Assembly (NCBI RefSeq): GCF_009914755.1
Contig: NC_060927.1
Reading direction: 5' to 3' (one strand)
Length of the DNA stretch: 64,000 nucleotides
Source: the human T2T-CHM13v2.0 reference genome, Homo sapiens
Part shown: piece after piece, positions 40,980 to 55,327 of the stretch
Numbering within the stretch: the first letter of the stretch is position 1
Layout: every line of letters begins with the position of its first letter
Made by a program: the position numbers and the translations under genes
Notes under the pieces: generated by a model
What the model was told of the DNA's origin: nothing
The model's database searches: none
The model's input: only the letters and a program-made list of their open reading frames with translations

Positions 40980-41215
40980 CTAATAGTCATTGCCTTGTAT
41001 TTGCCTACCATTATGTTAGGCTCTCTGTGTGTGTTATATAATTGTGTCCTTGTAATGGCGGCAGAAGGAGGCATCATTATTTCCCTGAGTTAGATGGGGA
41101 AACTGAGGCCTAGAGAGATTGTCACTTATGTAGGATCTTATATATATATATCTAATAATAAAAGTGGAGACTAGAGACCATGTCCTTTGACTCCTAAACA
41201 GATGTTTGTCACCAC
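40980..41215 (-). mobile_element. MIR SINE
   Basis: MIR core 'tagatggggaaactgaggcctagagag'. Confidence 0.7.
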
Positions 41216-41388
41216 ACTGTGTTGACACTAGGAATCTACTACTAAGGCCTCCTTTTTGGCATGACCCCGAGCTTCAACATCCACAGTGTGGCCAATTTTT
41301 GCAGAATTAGGACAAGATCCAGCCAGTGACTACGGTGGTAGTGGAAACTGAGAGTTCTCTGGTCCACAGAAAGGATGTGTGGGCCTGA

Positions 41389-41905
41389 GGGACCAGGGAA
41401 GGCTGCCAGAGGAAATGAGACCTGAGACTTGGAGAGTAAATAGGAATTAACAGGTGAAGGATGTTTGTGGGGGGCCACAGGGAGGAGAGAACCAAGTAGG
41501 AGGAAGCTATGGTGTGCCAGGAGGTGAGAGCAAGAATTTGGCATGTCAAAGGATGCCAAAGAAGTTGGAGGCAAGGGGGAAGAATGACACTGGAGAGGTG
41601 AGCAAGAACCAGATTCTTTAGGCTCTCAAAAGCCATTTTAAGAAGGCTTGGACCTTATTCTCTGGGCATTGTGCAACTATTGAAGGCTTCATGCAAGGAA
41701 ATGACACAATCAGATGTGTGTCCTGGGAATATTATTCTTGCTGCAGTATGAGGAGTGTTCCAGAGCACAGAGAGGTTGGAGGATGAAAGCAGTTCCAGGC
41801 TGCCATGCGTCATCTGGGAGACAGTTGATGTGGCCTGAGCCAGAATGAATGATGGGAAATAGAAAGAATGATTCAGGAGTGTGTAGCAGGAAAAGTCCAC
41901 ATGAG
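41389..41905 (-). mobile_element. L2 fragment; its first 156 nt are the left arm of an inverted repeat
   Basis: 'ggcttggaccttattctctgggcattg...gcaaggaaatgacacaatcagatgtgtg' is antisense L2. Confidence 0.65.
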
Positions 41906-42350
41906 GTTGCCTTGGTGGAGGGAAGGATGGAGGGCCCATCTGACTGCCCAATCAGCCTTGTGCTGCAGCAGCCCTAGGGTGCCTTCCAGGAACACAGTTC
42001 CAGAAACAACCTGGTGTGGCTTGGGGATGTGGGGTTAGGGCTTCACCTTCTTTAACCTTTCTTGGGCTCTGACATGGAGAACCTGTGAAGTCTTCTGAGA
42101 TGCCACTGTCATCTGGGATCTTTCACCATGTGCCAATCACTATTGTTGTTACAAAGTTAGAGGAGAATGGGATTTTTGAGCAAGAAAAAGATATAGATGA
42201 ATGGTTGTGCTGTTAATTGAGCCTGGAAAGTAAAGGAGAACAAGCTTTCATCCCAGCAAGGTGGGGCAGGGGTGGAGTGGAGGGAGGCTGCAGAAAATAA
42301 GCCAGAGAGTTTGTTCTCTTCAGGGTCTGGCCCAGAGCACATGTTCAGAA

Positions 42351-42505
42351 ATGTCAAATTCTTGCTCCCTTCTCATGGCACACTGTAGCTTCCTCCTATT
42401 TGGCTCTCTCCTCCCTGTGCCCCTCTGAACATCCTTCACCTATTAACTCCTATTTATTCTTCAAGTCTCAGGTCTCGTTTCTTCTGGGAAGCCTTTCCTG
42501 GTCCC
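42351..42505 (+). repeat. Inverted copy of 41389-41544
   Basis: Manual alignment gives 21 mismatches and 3 gap positions over about 157 nt. Confidence 0.92.
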
Positions 42506-43269
42506 CTTCTGCAACTCCTTGGCCTTGTCCCTCTCTGTCTCTTCGGTGCATCCTCCTCTCCTTCCCACCATGACGATTGGGCTCCCCAAGCTTACATCCT
42601 CAGCCTCTCTCTTTGAAGACTGTGTGTTTTCCCTGGAAATTTCATCTTACCTCGTGGTTTCAGTTATCTTCTGTAAGCTAAGGACTCTGCCAAAGCTCTA
42701 CCCTACGAAACCAGTGGTGCACTTCACATCTTCTCTTGGATGCTCCACAGGTCCCAACAACTCAACCTTGGCTGATTCTCTTCCCACTGGCTTCAGTGCT
42801 GTACTCCATGTCCCTGTTTTTTGTCCTGACTGGGGATGCCCAGGCCTCCAGTATCAGTTGGAGTTCTTTGGTTGGAAACAACAGAAATCAGCTCTGGCTA
42901 ACTTAAGTAAAAGGGAGTGTGTGAGGGAACACGGGAGGCTCCCGGAACTGACGCAGCTGGCAAATCAGGCCTGGACAGAGGCCACTCTGAAATCTGGGAA
43001 GCAGGGCTTCTGTGTTGCAGGCCCGTCCTGTCGGATGGGACAGGACACCAGTGGTTTATCTCTGGGGCCTCTGCTTATGATTGCCCTCAAGGGAGTCCAT
43101 GTGATCTTTGGTGAAGGAGGAACATCCTGTTTTGGAGGGGGAATGTATGTTGGCATTAGAACATTTTAAGTGTTTATTCCAGTACCCCTTCAGTCCAGGG
43201 TCTACCTGCCTTTCAGGAGAGGCCCTCCTCAAAGTCATCTTAGCAGCTCTGCTCCCAGGAGGCTGCACT

Positions 43270-43965
43270 ATTTGTACCACTCGGTAATGTCCCCCCTTTC
43301 ATTCCAGCTGTTGATCATTGCGTTCCCCTTTTTGTTTTGCTCATTCTGGCTAGGAATTTATAAATTTTGTTGATCTTTTCAAAGAACCAATTTTTGACTT
43401 TATTTTTTTCCTATTGTTTGCTTTTGATTTCATTGATTTCCACTCCTATGTTTATTACTTCTTTTCTTCTGCTTACTTCGGGTTTAATTAGCTGGGGTTA
43501 TTTCCTAAACCTTCTTAAAGTGAAACTATAAATCATAGATTTGGCACCTTCTTTTCTAATATAGAGGTTTAAAGCTGCCAAATTCCCTCTAATGACCGTT
43601 TTTATTGCATACCACAAATTTTGCCCTATATGTATGTAGTTCAGTGATCAGCCAGAGATTAGGGCAGAGTTTCTATGCAGGTTGTGGAACTCTCCTTTCT
43701 GGGGAGTTCCCCCTCACTCTCCAGATGCTGCACCATCCTCAGACTCAGATTTCTGGTTTTCTGTTTGATCTCTAGCCTCCCAATGTGGCACCAAATGAAG
43801 CCAGCTCTTAGGTAAGACCCATAAAAACAGGAAACTCACCTGGTACTATTTCCTGCTCCCACATATCAGCTCTCCTCCAACTTCTGCTTGCCTTTGGTCA
43901 TTTTCCAGGGCCTTTAGAGGGTTGTTTTTTATATTTTGTCTAGAATCTATCACTTATTTCTGCAG
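43270..43965 (-). mobile_element. Old L1M fragments
   Basis: 'aattttgttgatcttttcaaagaaccaatttttg' is antisense L1 ORF2. Confidence 0.65.
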
Positions 43966-43969
43966 GAGA

Positions 43970-44648
<679 letters not shown>

Positions 44649-45413
44649 GGAGGGCTGGTGTGGGAGGAGTTCTTCTGCCATGTGGAAAGTGGACACTTCA
44701 CTGTTCATGCTAGTGTTGGCCACCTCGTGTCATTATATGCCACTGGGCCCCACCTGGATTGTGAAGACTAAAAGGAGGCCTCTGGATCTTATGCCTCTTT
44801 AGAGCCTCTTAGGGTGCACTTAGTGAAGGGTTGCAGGCATTTTTAGCCAGGCTTTCACCCTGTGGCTTCAGCTGCCATGCACCCTGCATGCCTGGGGAGA
44901 CCCACAGTCCATCTTCCTCCTGGGTGCCTCTTGCTGGAGACCTCAGGTGCCCTGTGGGCAGCACGATCACAACAGAACTTGCTGTCTTCCTCGCCCCCTG
45001 CTCTACCAGTGTTCTGTTCACCTTTCTTTGGGGTAGAAACCTTCTTCCTCATACTTTAATTCCTCTTCATAAAGGAGCCTCTTTACGGCTGCTACTTGGG
45101 TTTCCGGTCTCATTGTGTCTTGTCTAAACCATGTGTTGTCCGCACGGTTTTCTTATCCTCATCTCTTGCAGTCTACTTTTAACATGGACAGAGACTGGCC
45201 TTAGGAAGAGGCAGTGCTGGATATTCATGTCCTTTGGTGAAACTCTGAGTGTCCCTCTGTTACTCAGAGGACAGCATCCAGATCCCTGACCGGATGTTTG
45301 GGGTCCTGTGGGTGTTGGCTCACCTGCCTTTTCTGGCCTCATTCCCTGTCACTCCTCACTCACTCTCGGCTCCAGCAAAGCAGCAGCGCAGCTGCTCACA
45401 GGACAGCACCTAA

Positions 45414-45785
<372 letters not shown>

Positions 45786-46509
45786 AGCCCTGCCAGCCTT
45801 TAACTAGCGTGCTGCCTCCTCTCCAGGCCTCACTCAATCCTTCTAAGGCAGTGTTGGGCAAGCTTGCCTCTTCTGCCACCTCTGTGATATTTTAAGTGCT
45901 GTATTGCAATTAGTTTTATGTCTCTCTCCTCGATGTAAGTGATGAGTGGAGACCTTGTTTCATCTATCTCAGTGCCCACAACACCTTGTACACAGCAGGG
46001 CTCAGCAGAACACGCTTAAATTAACAGAGGTCTCTCCTGGGGCTGTAGGCGATCAGCCCCAGGCTGATATCTGGTGCGGTGGAAAATGTGCGTGTTTACG
46101 GTTGGACTCAGAAGATGGGCCCTGTGTCCCCCAGGCTGGGAAACAGGCTCATACTCAATATGTGTGCTTCAGAATTGTTCTAAATTTCCGTGCGAAAGGG
46201 GAGACTCTGCCAATACTGAAGAAGGGAAAACTCAAGCCATCCTTTACCCCCAACTCCTGCCATCAAGAAGAAGAGTGTGTTTGGTTTAATGTCCAGATGA
46301 GAAGATCGTTGGTCTCAGGTGAGCAGTGAGCATGTAATCTGTGTGCTGAGTGAGGAGTGCGAGGGGCTAACTCAGTGGGTGTGGTAGCTGTCACTGTCTT
46401 GGGATCTTCCCTGGAGCAAGGGATAAAAAGATGGGATAAATGCTTTTCAAATATGTCTAAAAATATTTGGCCAACAGGTGTTGATTAAAGAAGAGGAAAA
46501 AAAAGGACT

Positions 46510-46680
46510 TAACAATTATTCAGCTCTTATGAGGTGCCAGGAGCTTTTCACACTTGATGCTGTTAGTCCTTTCCCCAGTATAGATAGAGAAACTGAGGCT
46601 CAGAGAGGCAAGGCGGCTCTGCCAGGGCCACACACTTAGCAAGGTTCAGAATTGGGATTCAAAACGAGGTCTCTCTGGCT
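46510..46680 (-). mobile_element. MIR SINE
   Basis: MIR core 'agaaactgaggctcagagagg'. Confidence 0.7.
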
Positions 46681-47541
46681 GTAAGTATCTAATGGAATAG
46701 TTAATGTATATGATGGCTTATCTAGGACTTATTGTAGGCTGTTGAATGAATATCTCCTGTCTCTTCCTCTCTCCAGAACCTTACTGCCTTTTCTTATTCT
46801 AAGTTAGCCTTATCCAGGGGTGGTGTCCATGGTTCAGCAATGGCAGAGCACCTTCATCTGCAGGCTTGGTGGGCGCCGTCTCTACCATCTCCATAACATC
46901 CCACTCAGTGCCAGTTATCCAGTAGCTGCTTTTGAATATTTGTGGAATAGATGATGAAAGCTGGCAAGATCCTTCCTGCAAACTTGTGCTGCTTGTTTCC
47001 TGCTTAAACCTCTCAGATTCTGAGCCGTGAAGTCCTCAGGGCCTGTTTTACAAAGGAAGAATGGTATTCTTTCTTGCCTTTGCCAAGAGGAAGATACAGG
47101 AAGACTGGAGAGTCTTTTGGTTCTTAGAATTGCTGCCATCTTCATGTGTCATTGTGCTTTACTTCCTCTTTCCACTTTGTAGCATCTTTGGAAACAGGAC
47201 TCAAGTAATGCCTCCTGGTGGTCTGACCCAGAGAAAGGGGGAGGGCTGGTGTGGGACCAGAAATTATTAGAGCCAGCTGAGTTAGGGCCACCACACCCCT
47301 TTTCAGAAGGAGAAGGGACCACAAGAGGGGAATTTCTCCCCCAGCCAAGGTCTACAGATATGGAAAGGGTGGGGAGGACCTCACATTAGCCCCTTGCCTT
47401 CACAGTCATCACTTTGGGTTATGCACTTGGCAGATACAGCCCTCGTATTGTGCTAGATGCTCCCCAAGTGGCTAAGAAAGTTACGGGAAGGAATGAGGCA
47501 CATAGTGACACAGTATTCATAGGCAGTAGGAAGTAGTCTGT

Positions 47542-47631
47542 TGCATGTGTGCATGCATGTGCCCACATGCCACTTGCATGCACATGCACACACACATGTA
47601 CATGCACATGTGCACATGCTCATACATATGT
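47542..47631. repeat. Alternating purine-pyrimidine (CATG/CA) low-complexity repeat
   Basis: tgcatgtgtgcatgcatgtg...catgcacatgtgcacatg. Confidence 0.85.
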
Positions 47632-48146
47632 CTCTCAGCGCTCAAAGCAGAGTAAAAGCCCTGTACTCTAAGGACTTGTTAGTTAAGGAGCCATATTAGG
47701 GAGACAGTTTCCTTCCGAAGTTGGGGGTACATTTCATATACTGTGACTGGCTCCAACCCCTTCAGGACACCTTGCCTCCTTCCTTGGCACGGGTACAGAC
47801 ACTCAGCTCTTTCCAGAAACTCAATACCTCCCTGAAAGACAGAAGATTTGCCACTTCTAAAGATCTGCATAAATGTGTTAAATTTGAAAACAGTTTCTAA
47901 ACAATATTTTGAACAAGAGCAGCTTTGTTAGAATCATTCACACAGTGCTTTGCACGCGATATGTCTTTGATGGAGACCTACTGGGAAGCAGTGTGGCGAG
48001 TGGGAAGAATGTGGGCTTCGCAACTATGTAGACCTACGAAAGTCCAGCCTTGCTGTCTGATAGCTATGCCATCTTGAGTTCAGGGCCCTTGTCTAGCATC
48101 CACTCAATACTTAGTGGTATAATAATGATGAGTCCTTGGAGAATAA

Positions 48147-48558
<412 letters not shown>

Positions 48559-50193
48559 TTAATTATTCATCATATGTGTGAAATAATCAATGTATCTTGA
48601 AAGTGTAAATTCAGTTCAACATATATTTATGCATCATGTGCCTACCAAGTTTCATGCCAGGTGTGGGGACACAGAAGTGACTCAGGGCTGCTGCTTTCAT
48701 GAAGCCCCTGTATCTGCAGGGGGATCAATAGCTATAGACCAATTAATATAAGAATAATTAGAATAATTATAGGATATATTTAAGTGCTATGGGAGTACAG
48801 ATAGATGATACAGTTCTGTTTGGATGGAGAGAGAAGAAAAAATAAGTCATTCAGGGATTTTGATTATAGCCATAGAAACCAGCTCTGGCTATCATAAGCA
48901 GAGGGAATTAATTGGAAAGTTGTTGGGGGTCGCCTGTGGGTGTGGAGCTGGAGGGCCAGGCCTGGGGAATGGGCCAGAAGCAGGGGAGCTCCTAGGTCAT
49001 GAAGCCCTACCAGTTGCATCATTGTACTCTTGCTACTACTGCTGTTGCTGTGGTCTCCGTCAAGCCAATCTCTATCAGTCCCTCCTTTCTGTGTCATTTA
49101 TTCAGGGTTCAGTTTTGTGTGATGATGACTATCCGAGTCCAAGTGGGGTGCCTATCCCTGGCTACTTCACGACAGAAGGAGCATACATATCTGATCTCCA
49201 CTTAGATATAGGACAGCTTCCTACTTGGAAATTGGACAGAACCTCCCCAAGACTCCAACACGGGATTTAATAGGGTGCTGAAGGAAGCGTTGGCTGGGTC
49301 CTTGACAGTCGGCAACAGCAGAGCACTTGGGCAGGCAGGGTATAGAAAAAGAGACATTTCTGGCAAAGAACAGTAGGAGCCAGAAGCACAGGCCCTGGAA
49401 GCCCTGGTGTGTCTGGAGGAATAAGAGCTCCGCTGTGCCATGGGCAGTATTTGTAGCTGGTTGAGACTAGGTCAAGGAAAAGTGTTTTTCCAGTTTCTAA
49501 TATCCATTCTCCAGAGAAGTAGCCCGGGTGGGAGATCCTAGATGGATCCACAAACAGTTGGAACAGATTTCTGACCAGCCTCTGGGGCCCCTGAGGGGCC
49601 CCTGAGAGCTTAACTGATGGAGATGGCCCAGTGAGCCCCACCCTAGCTGCAGGCCAACAGTTCCCTATTCTCCAGTGTTGTCCTCTTAGCCCAGGTGTAG
49701 GTGCCAACAGCAGAGGCAGGACAGTGCTCCCCACACAGCCCCGATCCCTCCAGTAGGTGTGGGGCACCTGCCTGCCTGCCTGACGTCGTTACGGGCTGAG
49801 GGTGTGACAGTGGCCAGGCAGCTTGTTCTCTGGTCAGGTAGGGGCCACTTCTCTGACTCCCTTAACCTCACGGCTCTCCAGAGAACCTTTCTGACTCATG
49901 GGCTTACAATCCCTGAGGTCTGAAGTGCCATCAGAGTGGGGCTGGGAGGAGTGGGGATTCTCTGGGCATGGAAGACCACACACACCTGGCCGGCTCTGCT
50001 CAGTTCATGAATTTCCCACCTGGAGACTGGGCAGTTCATCACTCCTGTTCTCTGCAAGGAACTATAGGTCTGTTGCTGGTCATGTTTGAGCAACTTCTCT
50101 GAACTCTTACTGTTTGGAGCTGCAGTGAGAAGCAGCAGGCAGCAGAGCTGAATCACTGGCTCCTTTTCTCCCTCCCCATCTCTCTCTTTTCAG

Positions 50194-50214
50194 CCTGCAG
50201 ATTTAGAAGCATGA
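50194..50214 (+). other. Candidate 21-nt micro-exon
   Basis: Branch-like ctgaat at about 50148, a near-pure 30-nt pyrimidine tract, CAG acceptor and TGA|GTAAGC donor; host gene not recognised. Confidence 0.3.
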
Positions 50215-50539
50215 GTAAGCTCTGCTTTACCCGACTCTTGCTTATTTCAAGCAGCATGCTGTTACCCTGTACCTAAAGACAGCCCTTGCCTCCCTCACAG
50301 GCAGGGATTCTGTTCTCCAGCATTACTTTTTAAAAGGTGTTCAGCTAGAAAATCGCATATTATTTCTTCTGTAAAGGTTTCTCCTTGCCACCTTTCCGTA
50401 GCTACAGCTGTCACAACCACAGTTAATATTTTGTGTGCCTGTACATGTGAGTGCACGGTGTGGGAAGGGAGATAATCAGTCTGTCCTCTTGGGCAGCAGC
50501 CTTCCAGTTCAGCTTTTATGAGCTGCATTTAAAAAATAA

Positions 50540-51065
50540 ATAAATAGATCATATCGCTATCTTGCTCAGAGCTCTCCAGTGGCCCCTGTGCTCATAGAAG
50601 GCAGTGCACCACCTCACCAGGGCTGCAAGGCCCTGCGCCGTTAGGCCCCAGCCTGTTTTTCATGCTGCGTCTCACCACTCCCCTACTCCATTCCCAGGTA
50701 TTTGTTATGGTGTTTGTTATGTCTCTCGAATATGTCATGTTTGTTCCCACTCAGAGGCCTTTGCATTGGTTTTTTCAGCAGGGAATGAACTTCCCTAAGA
50801 TCTTCGTGGCCTTCTATCCTGTCATGCAGCTCTCAGCTCAAATGTCACCTCCTGAGAGGGACCTTCTCTGGTCATTCCCTATGAATGAGTCCTCACCCCT
50901 GCCTCTCTGGACCGCCACTCTGTTCTTCACAGCCCTTCATCACCATCTGACACCACATTCACTCATTAATTTATGTTCATCTGTCCATCCCTTCCTGTGT
51001 GTCTCATTCATCGCAGGATCCCAGGCTTTTAGAACTGTCCTGGTTCCACAAGCATTCAGTACAAT
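50540..51065 (+). mobile_element. L2 fragment
   Basis: 'cagctctcagctcaaatgtcacctcctgagagggaccttctctgg' is L2 3' region. Confidence 0.7.
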
Positions 51066-51742
51066 TTTGGTACTGAAGACAGTGCACACAAGAGTGAAAC
51101 AGCAGTGGGGACACTGACCGGGAGAGGCAAAGCGCTGTAGCAGAGATTGTGCGGAGATGCTGAGAGGAGAGAGGGCGTCTGCAGGGATACGGAGGTGCTG
51201 GCTGAGCTAGGTATGCCTGTGTAGACCAGGGCTCAGCTGTTCTGCCTGAGCCAGGCTGGCTCTGCTCTGGAGGAACAAAATTCATGGCACATGCCCAGGA
51301 AGACAGTGCGCTGAGGATGTCGACAGGTAAGGACTGTTGGACGCCAGGAGCAAGTGCGGGGGACTGGCCTGCTCTTCCTGAGGAGAAATGGACATCGCTT
51401 TGGGCTTTCACCGGTCCAAGCTCCCTTGTGGTTAATTGTTACTCTGTGCAAATCTGGGGTTCCTCCCAGCCCTCCACTAAAGGGAATTGTGCGCCAGAGT
51501 GGCTCTACATTTCATTTCCGACCTTATCATCCTTGTGCCCTAGAACTTTATTAGACATTGCAGAGATGATATCATGATGTCTTAAGATAGCCTTGCTTGG
51601 AAAATTATACCAGGTAAGATCTTATTACACCAGGAGATGAAGCCCATTACTTTAAAACTTTACCTCTGCCATGTATTGATTATGTGGCTCTGGGTGACTT
51701 CATTACTCTGTGCCTCATTTTTCTTGCCTTTAAAGTGGGTTT

Positions 51743-52044
51743 AGCCTGGGTGTGGTGGCTCACCCTGTAATTCTAGCACTTTAAGATGACAAGGCAGGAG
51801 GATTGCTTGAGCCCAGGAGTTCAACACCAGCCTAGGCAACATAGTGAGACCCCATCTCACCAAAATTTAAAAAATTAGCCAAGCATGGTGTGTTTGTAGT
51901 CCAAGCTACTCGGGAGGCTGAAGTGGGAGGATGGCTTGTGCCCAGGAGGTCGAGGCTGGGGTGAGCCCAGGTCATGCTATTGTACTTTAGCCTGGGTGGC
52001 AGAGCAAGACCCTGTCTCATTCATTCATACATACATATATACAT
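51743..52044 (+). mobile_element. AluJ inside a MIR
   Basis: J diagnostics; (CATT/CATA)n tail; MIR text on both sides. Confidence 0.9.
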
Positions 52045-53342
52045 AGTGTTTAATAATATCTATTTCACTAGGTTATTGTATAAGTTAATGGAACACTTAA
52101 GGAATTATTTACTGACTGGTAATAAATGGTCACTGTTGCTTTTATAGATTCATGCCTGGTTGTTTCATGAGGTGTCACTGATTCTTGTTTTGTCATGACC
52201 AAGATTATGCTTTTGCCCTGACCAATATCTAGGTGTTGCTAAGAGGAAGGAAGGCTGCAGAGAATGTGGTACTTATTGGATAAAATGTGTCAGACATACA
52301 CAGAGTTAACCATCCCTGAGCATTTCCACCGTCTCCTTCCCTGCTGTCTTGTTCTTTTCTTACTTGGGCAACACGGAGGAGAGCAGGCTCTGGTTGCCTG
52401 AGAGGCCATCTGTCCTGTGATCCCTCACACCTGAAGCCTCCGTTCCCTCATTCTCCCAGCCATGGGCACCATGTCCACAGTGCAGATGGGGCGGGGGAGC
52501 AGTGTCAGCACTGCAGCCTGCAGGTGGAGATTTGGAAGAAAGCAGCATGAGCAGACACAAGCCTTCAGAATGAGACTAATTTTCATGAGGCTTTCCCTGG
52601 TAATAAAAGGAAATGGGGGCTGCAGAGAGCCTACAGTATTTCAGCAGATGGTCTTGTAATAGAATGTTTTTTCAAAGTTTCCTTGTGAGGCATCAGTGAC
52701 TCTTGGAAAATTTGTATCGTGTAATGAGGAACAAAGACATGGCTTTGAGCATCCCTCTTCTTGGCATGTTTCTGAGTTGCCTCTCCCTCCTGGCACAGGT
52801 AGGTGGTTTTGGAAAGTGAGGAAGATGACCCTAGAGAAGCAGCCTCTCCTGATTTTTCTGTGCCTTTGAAGGAGCTGGGACTTGGTCCTAGGGTCAACAA
52901 TGCCTGTTCAGCTCTGCCCCTCCTCACTCTTCCAGGCTTGGGCCTCAGCAGGACCCATTTGATGTCAATGAAGGAAGGTCTGCATTTCTGCAGTCCCTTA
53001 ATCAGCTGCATCTCCCTCTGAATTGTGCCAACCTCATGGAATGGTGTGCACCTGTCCAAGCTGGCTTATGGAAGGAAGGGAGGGACGGATTCTTGGTGAT
53101 AGTTTCTTCTTCAGACTCATAGTAGACAAGCCCAAGCATTGAGAACACCTACAGCAGGGCAGAATCACAGCAAACCCTTATGGCAGCCCTATGAGGAAAC
53201 TGAGGCACAGAGAAATTGCAAATAATTGTTAGAGCCAGAATTTGAACCCAAGCCTCTTAAACATCACAGTGTACTGTACTGTCTTAATGATTAGCATCTC
53301 CTTTTCCCAAAATCAACTTCTCAGCATCATTCATTTTATTCC

Positions 53343-53650
53343 TTCTTTTTTCCTTTTTTTTTTTTTTTTGAGACAGTCTTGCTCTGTTGCTCAGCCCGGC
53401 ATGCAGTGACATTATCATAGCTCACTGTGGCTTCCATCTCCTGGGCTCAAGTGATCCTCCTGCCTCAGCCACCTGAGTAGCTGGGGCTACAGGCATGCAC
53501 CACTATGCCCAGCTAATTTTTATTTTTAATAGTAGAGATAAGGTCTCACTACATTGCCTGAGCTGGTCTTGAACTCCTGAGCTCAAGTGATCCTCCTGCC
53601 TTGGCCTCTGAAAATGCTGGGATTATAGACGTGAGCCACTGTGCCTGGCC
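53343..53650 (-). mobile_element. AluJ
   Basis: Antisense Alu; TSD attttattc. Confidence 0.9.
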
Positions 53651-54249
53651 ATTTTATTCTTGTAGGGAATATTTACTCTGTGTCACTTGGAATAAAGCGG
53701 TAACACAATTTAGCCCCTAGCCTCCAGCCTCCAGGAATTTATGGTTTAGGAAGAGTACAAGCAGGTAAACAGAAAAATGAACATAAAATTTGTTCTTTGG
53801 ACATCTCTCTGTATAAACACAAGAACATACCTATGCCAAGTTGGCATCTGGCAATAATTTGGAAATTTATATTACCATATATCCACATGCTAAATACTGT
53901 ATTAGCTGTGGGAATGTATGTAGCTGTGTGTAGATGACATACAAGTATAAGGTGCACTAATTTCATTTATCATTACAACATAGGTAGACATAGTTCTCAT
54001 TTTCGGCCGGAACCTGGAGGGATCATTGTGCTTTCCTCCCTCCCTTCCCTGCTGCATCTAATCAGTCAGTCTTCTCCTGTTGAACCCCCTCACCCCACAA
54101 CCCAGCCTCAGTTCAGTCCTTGTCATACTCCCCAACCTGGATTACTGCATCGGCTCTCTCACTGGTCTCCCCACCTCAGGCTTTTTTTTCTTAATATTTT
54201 GATAACTGTATTTCAATATAATTCGTTTCTTTGGTAATCTTATGTATTT

Positions 54250-54870
54250 TTAACATCTTTATTGAGATATTCATAAACAATGAAATCACCCATTTAAAGC
54301 ACACATTTCCATGGTTTTTAGTGTGTTCATTGAGTTGTGCAGCCATTGCCACAATTTAAGTTTAGGACATTTTCATCACCTGGATGGAAACCCTGCTCCC
54401 ATTAATAGTCACTTCCCATCACCCCTGCCTCGGCCCCCAGGTCTTGGCAAGCACTCATCTGTTTTCTATCTCTATGTGTTTGCCTAATCTGGACATTTCA
54501 TATTAATGGAATCATATACTATGTGGCCTTTCGTGTCTGGCTTCTTTCACTTAGCGTAACGTTTTCAAGGTTAATTTATGTTGTAGCATGTATTAGTACT
54601 TCATTGTTTTTTCTGGCTGAATGATATTCCATTATATAGATATACCACGTTTTAAAATTCATCTGTTAGTTGATGGACATTTAGGGGCTAAGTGTAGGGG
54701 AAGGTGGGAGCTGCCTGCTGTTGGACACAGAGTTTCTTTTAGGGGTGACGAAAATGTTCTAAAATGAGATAGTTGTGATGATTGCACAACTTTGTGAATG
54801 TACTAAAACCCACTGCATTATAGATTTTAAAAGGGTTTTATGATATGTGAATTATATTTCAATAAAAAAT
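54250..54870. mobile_element. Two L1MB-like 3' ends joined head-to-head (minus to about 54685, plus afterwards)
   Basis: Antisense 3' UTR text switches abruptly to sense 3' UTR that ends in aataaaaaa. Confidence 0.7.
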
Positions 54871-55327
54871 CTAAAAACACATTTTAGAAAGAACTCTGAC
54901 AGTTATTAATACTATAGATGAACATATTAAGAGGGAGGGAAGACAGGTGTAATGAAGGAAGATAAAACACTGATACTGACATATAACATCCCAGGGCACC
55001 TCAGGATCAGTTCCAAGTGTGGAGATTAGCCCATATCATCTCAAAGTTATATTTGTCCTTGAGATATGCCTTTTTATATTAAAAATCTGTTATCTAATAT
55101 GGTCATGGATAGGTATATTTTCTTTTCTGATTAAATATTTAATAACACTTTTATTATGAAAATAATTCTTGGCTGCCATTTATTTTGAAGAAAATTATAG
55201 TGTACCAGATATTTGTTTAGTACTTTATGTGTATGATCTTATTTAACTTCACTGCAACCTCTTGAAATAGAGATTATATTAATTTCTCCGTTGTATGGGT
55301 TAGGAAACTCTGGCATAGAGAAGTTCT

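Noticed and set aside
42519-43169. 216-aa ORF
   Set aside because: Non-ATG start, runs into MLT1-like LTR sequence, no recognisable domain or exon structure
48824-49767. 148-aa and 166-aa ORFs
   Set aside because: They overlap old LTR-like or GC-richer DNA and have no recognisable motifs; their lengths are compatible with chance
54250-54870. Head-to-head L1MB 3' ends as a special inverted repeat or twin-priming product
   Set aside because: Both halves contain the extreme 3' end and are only as similar as independent old copies
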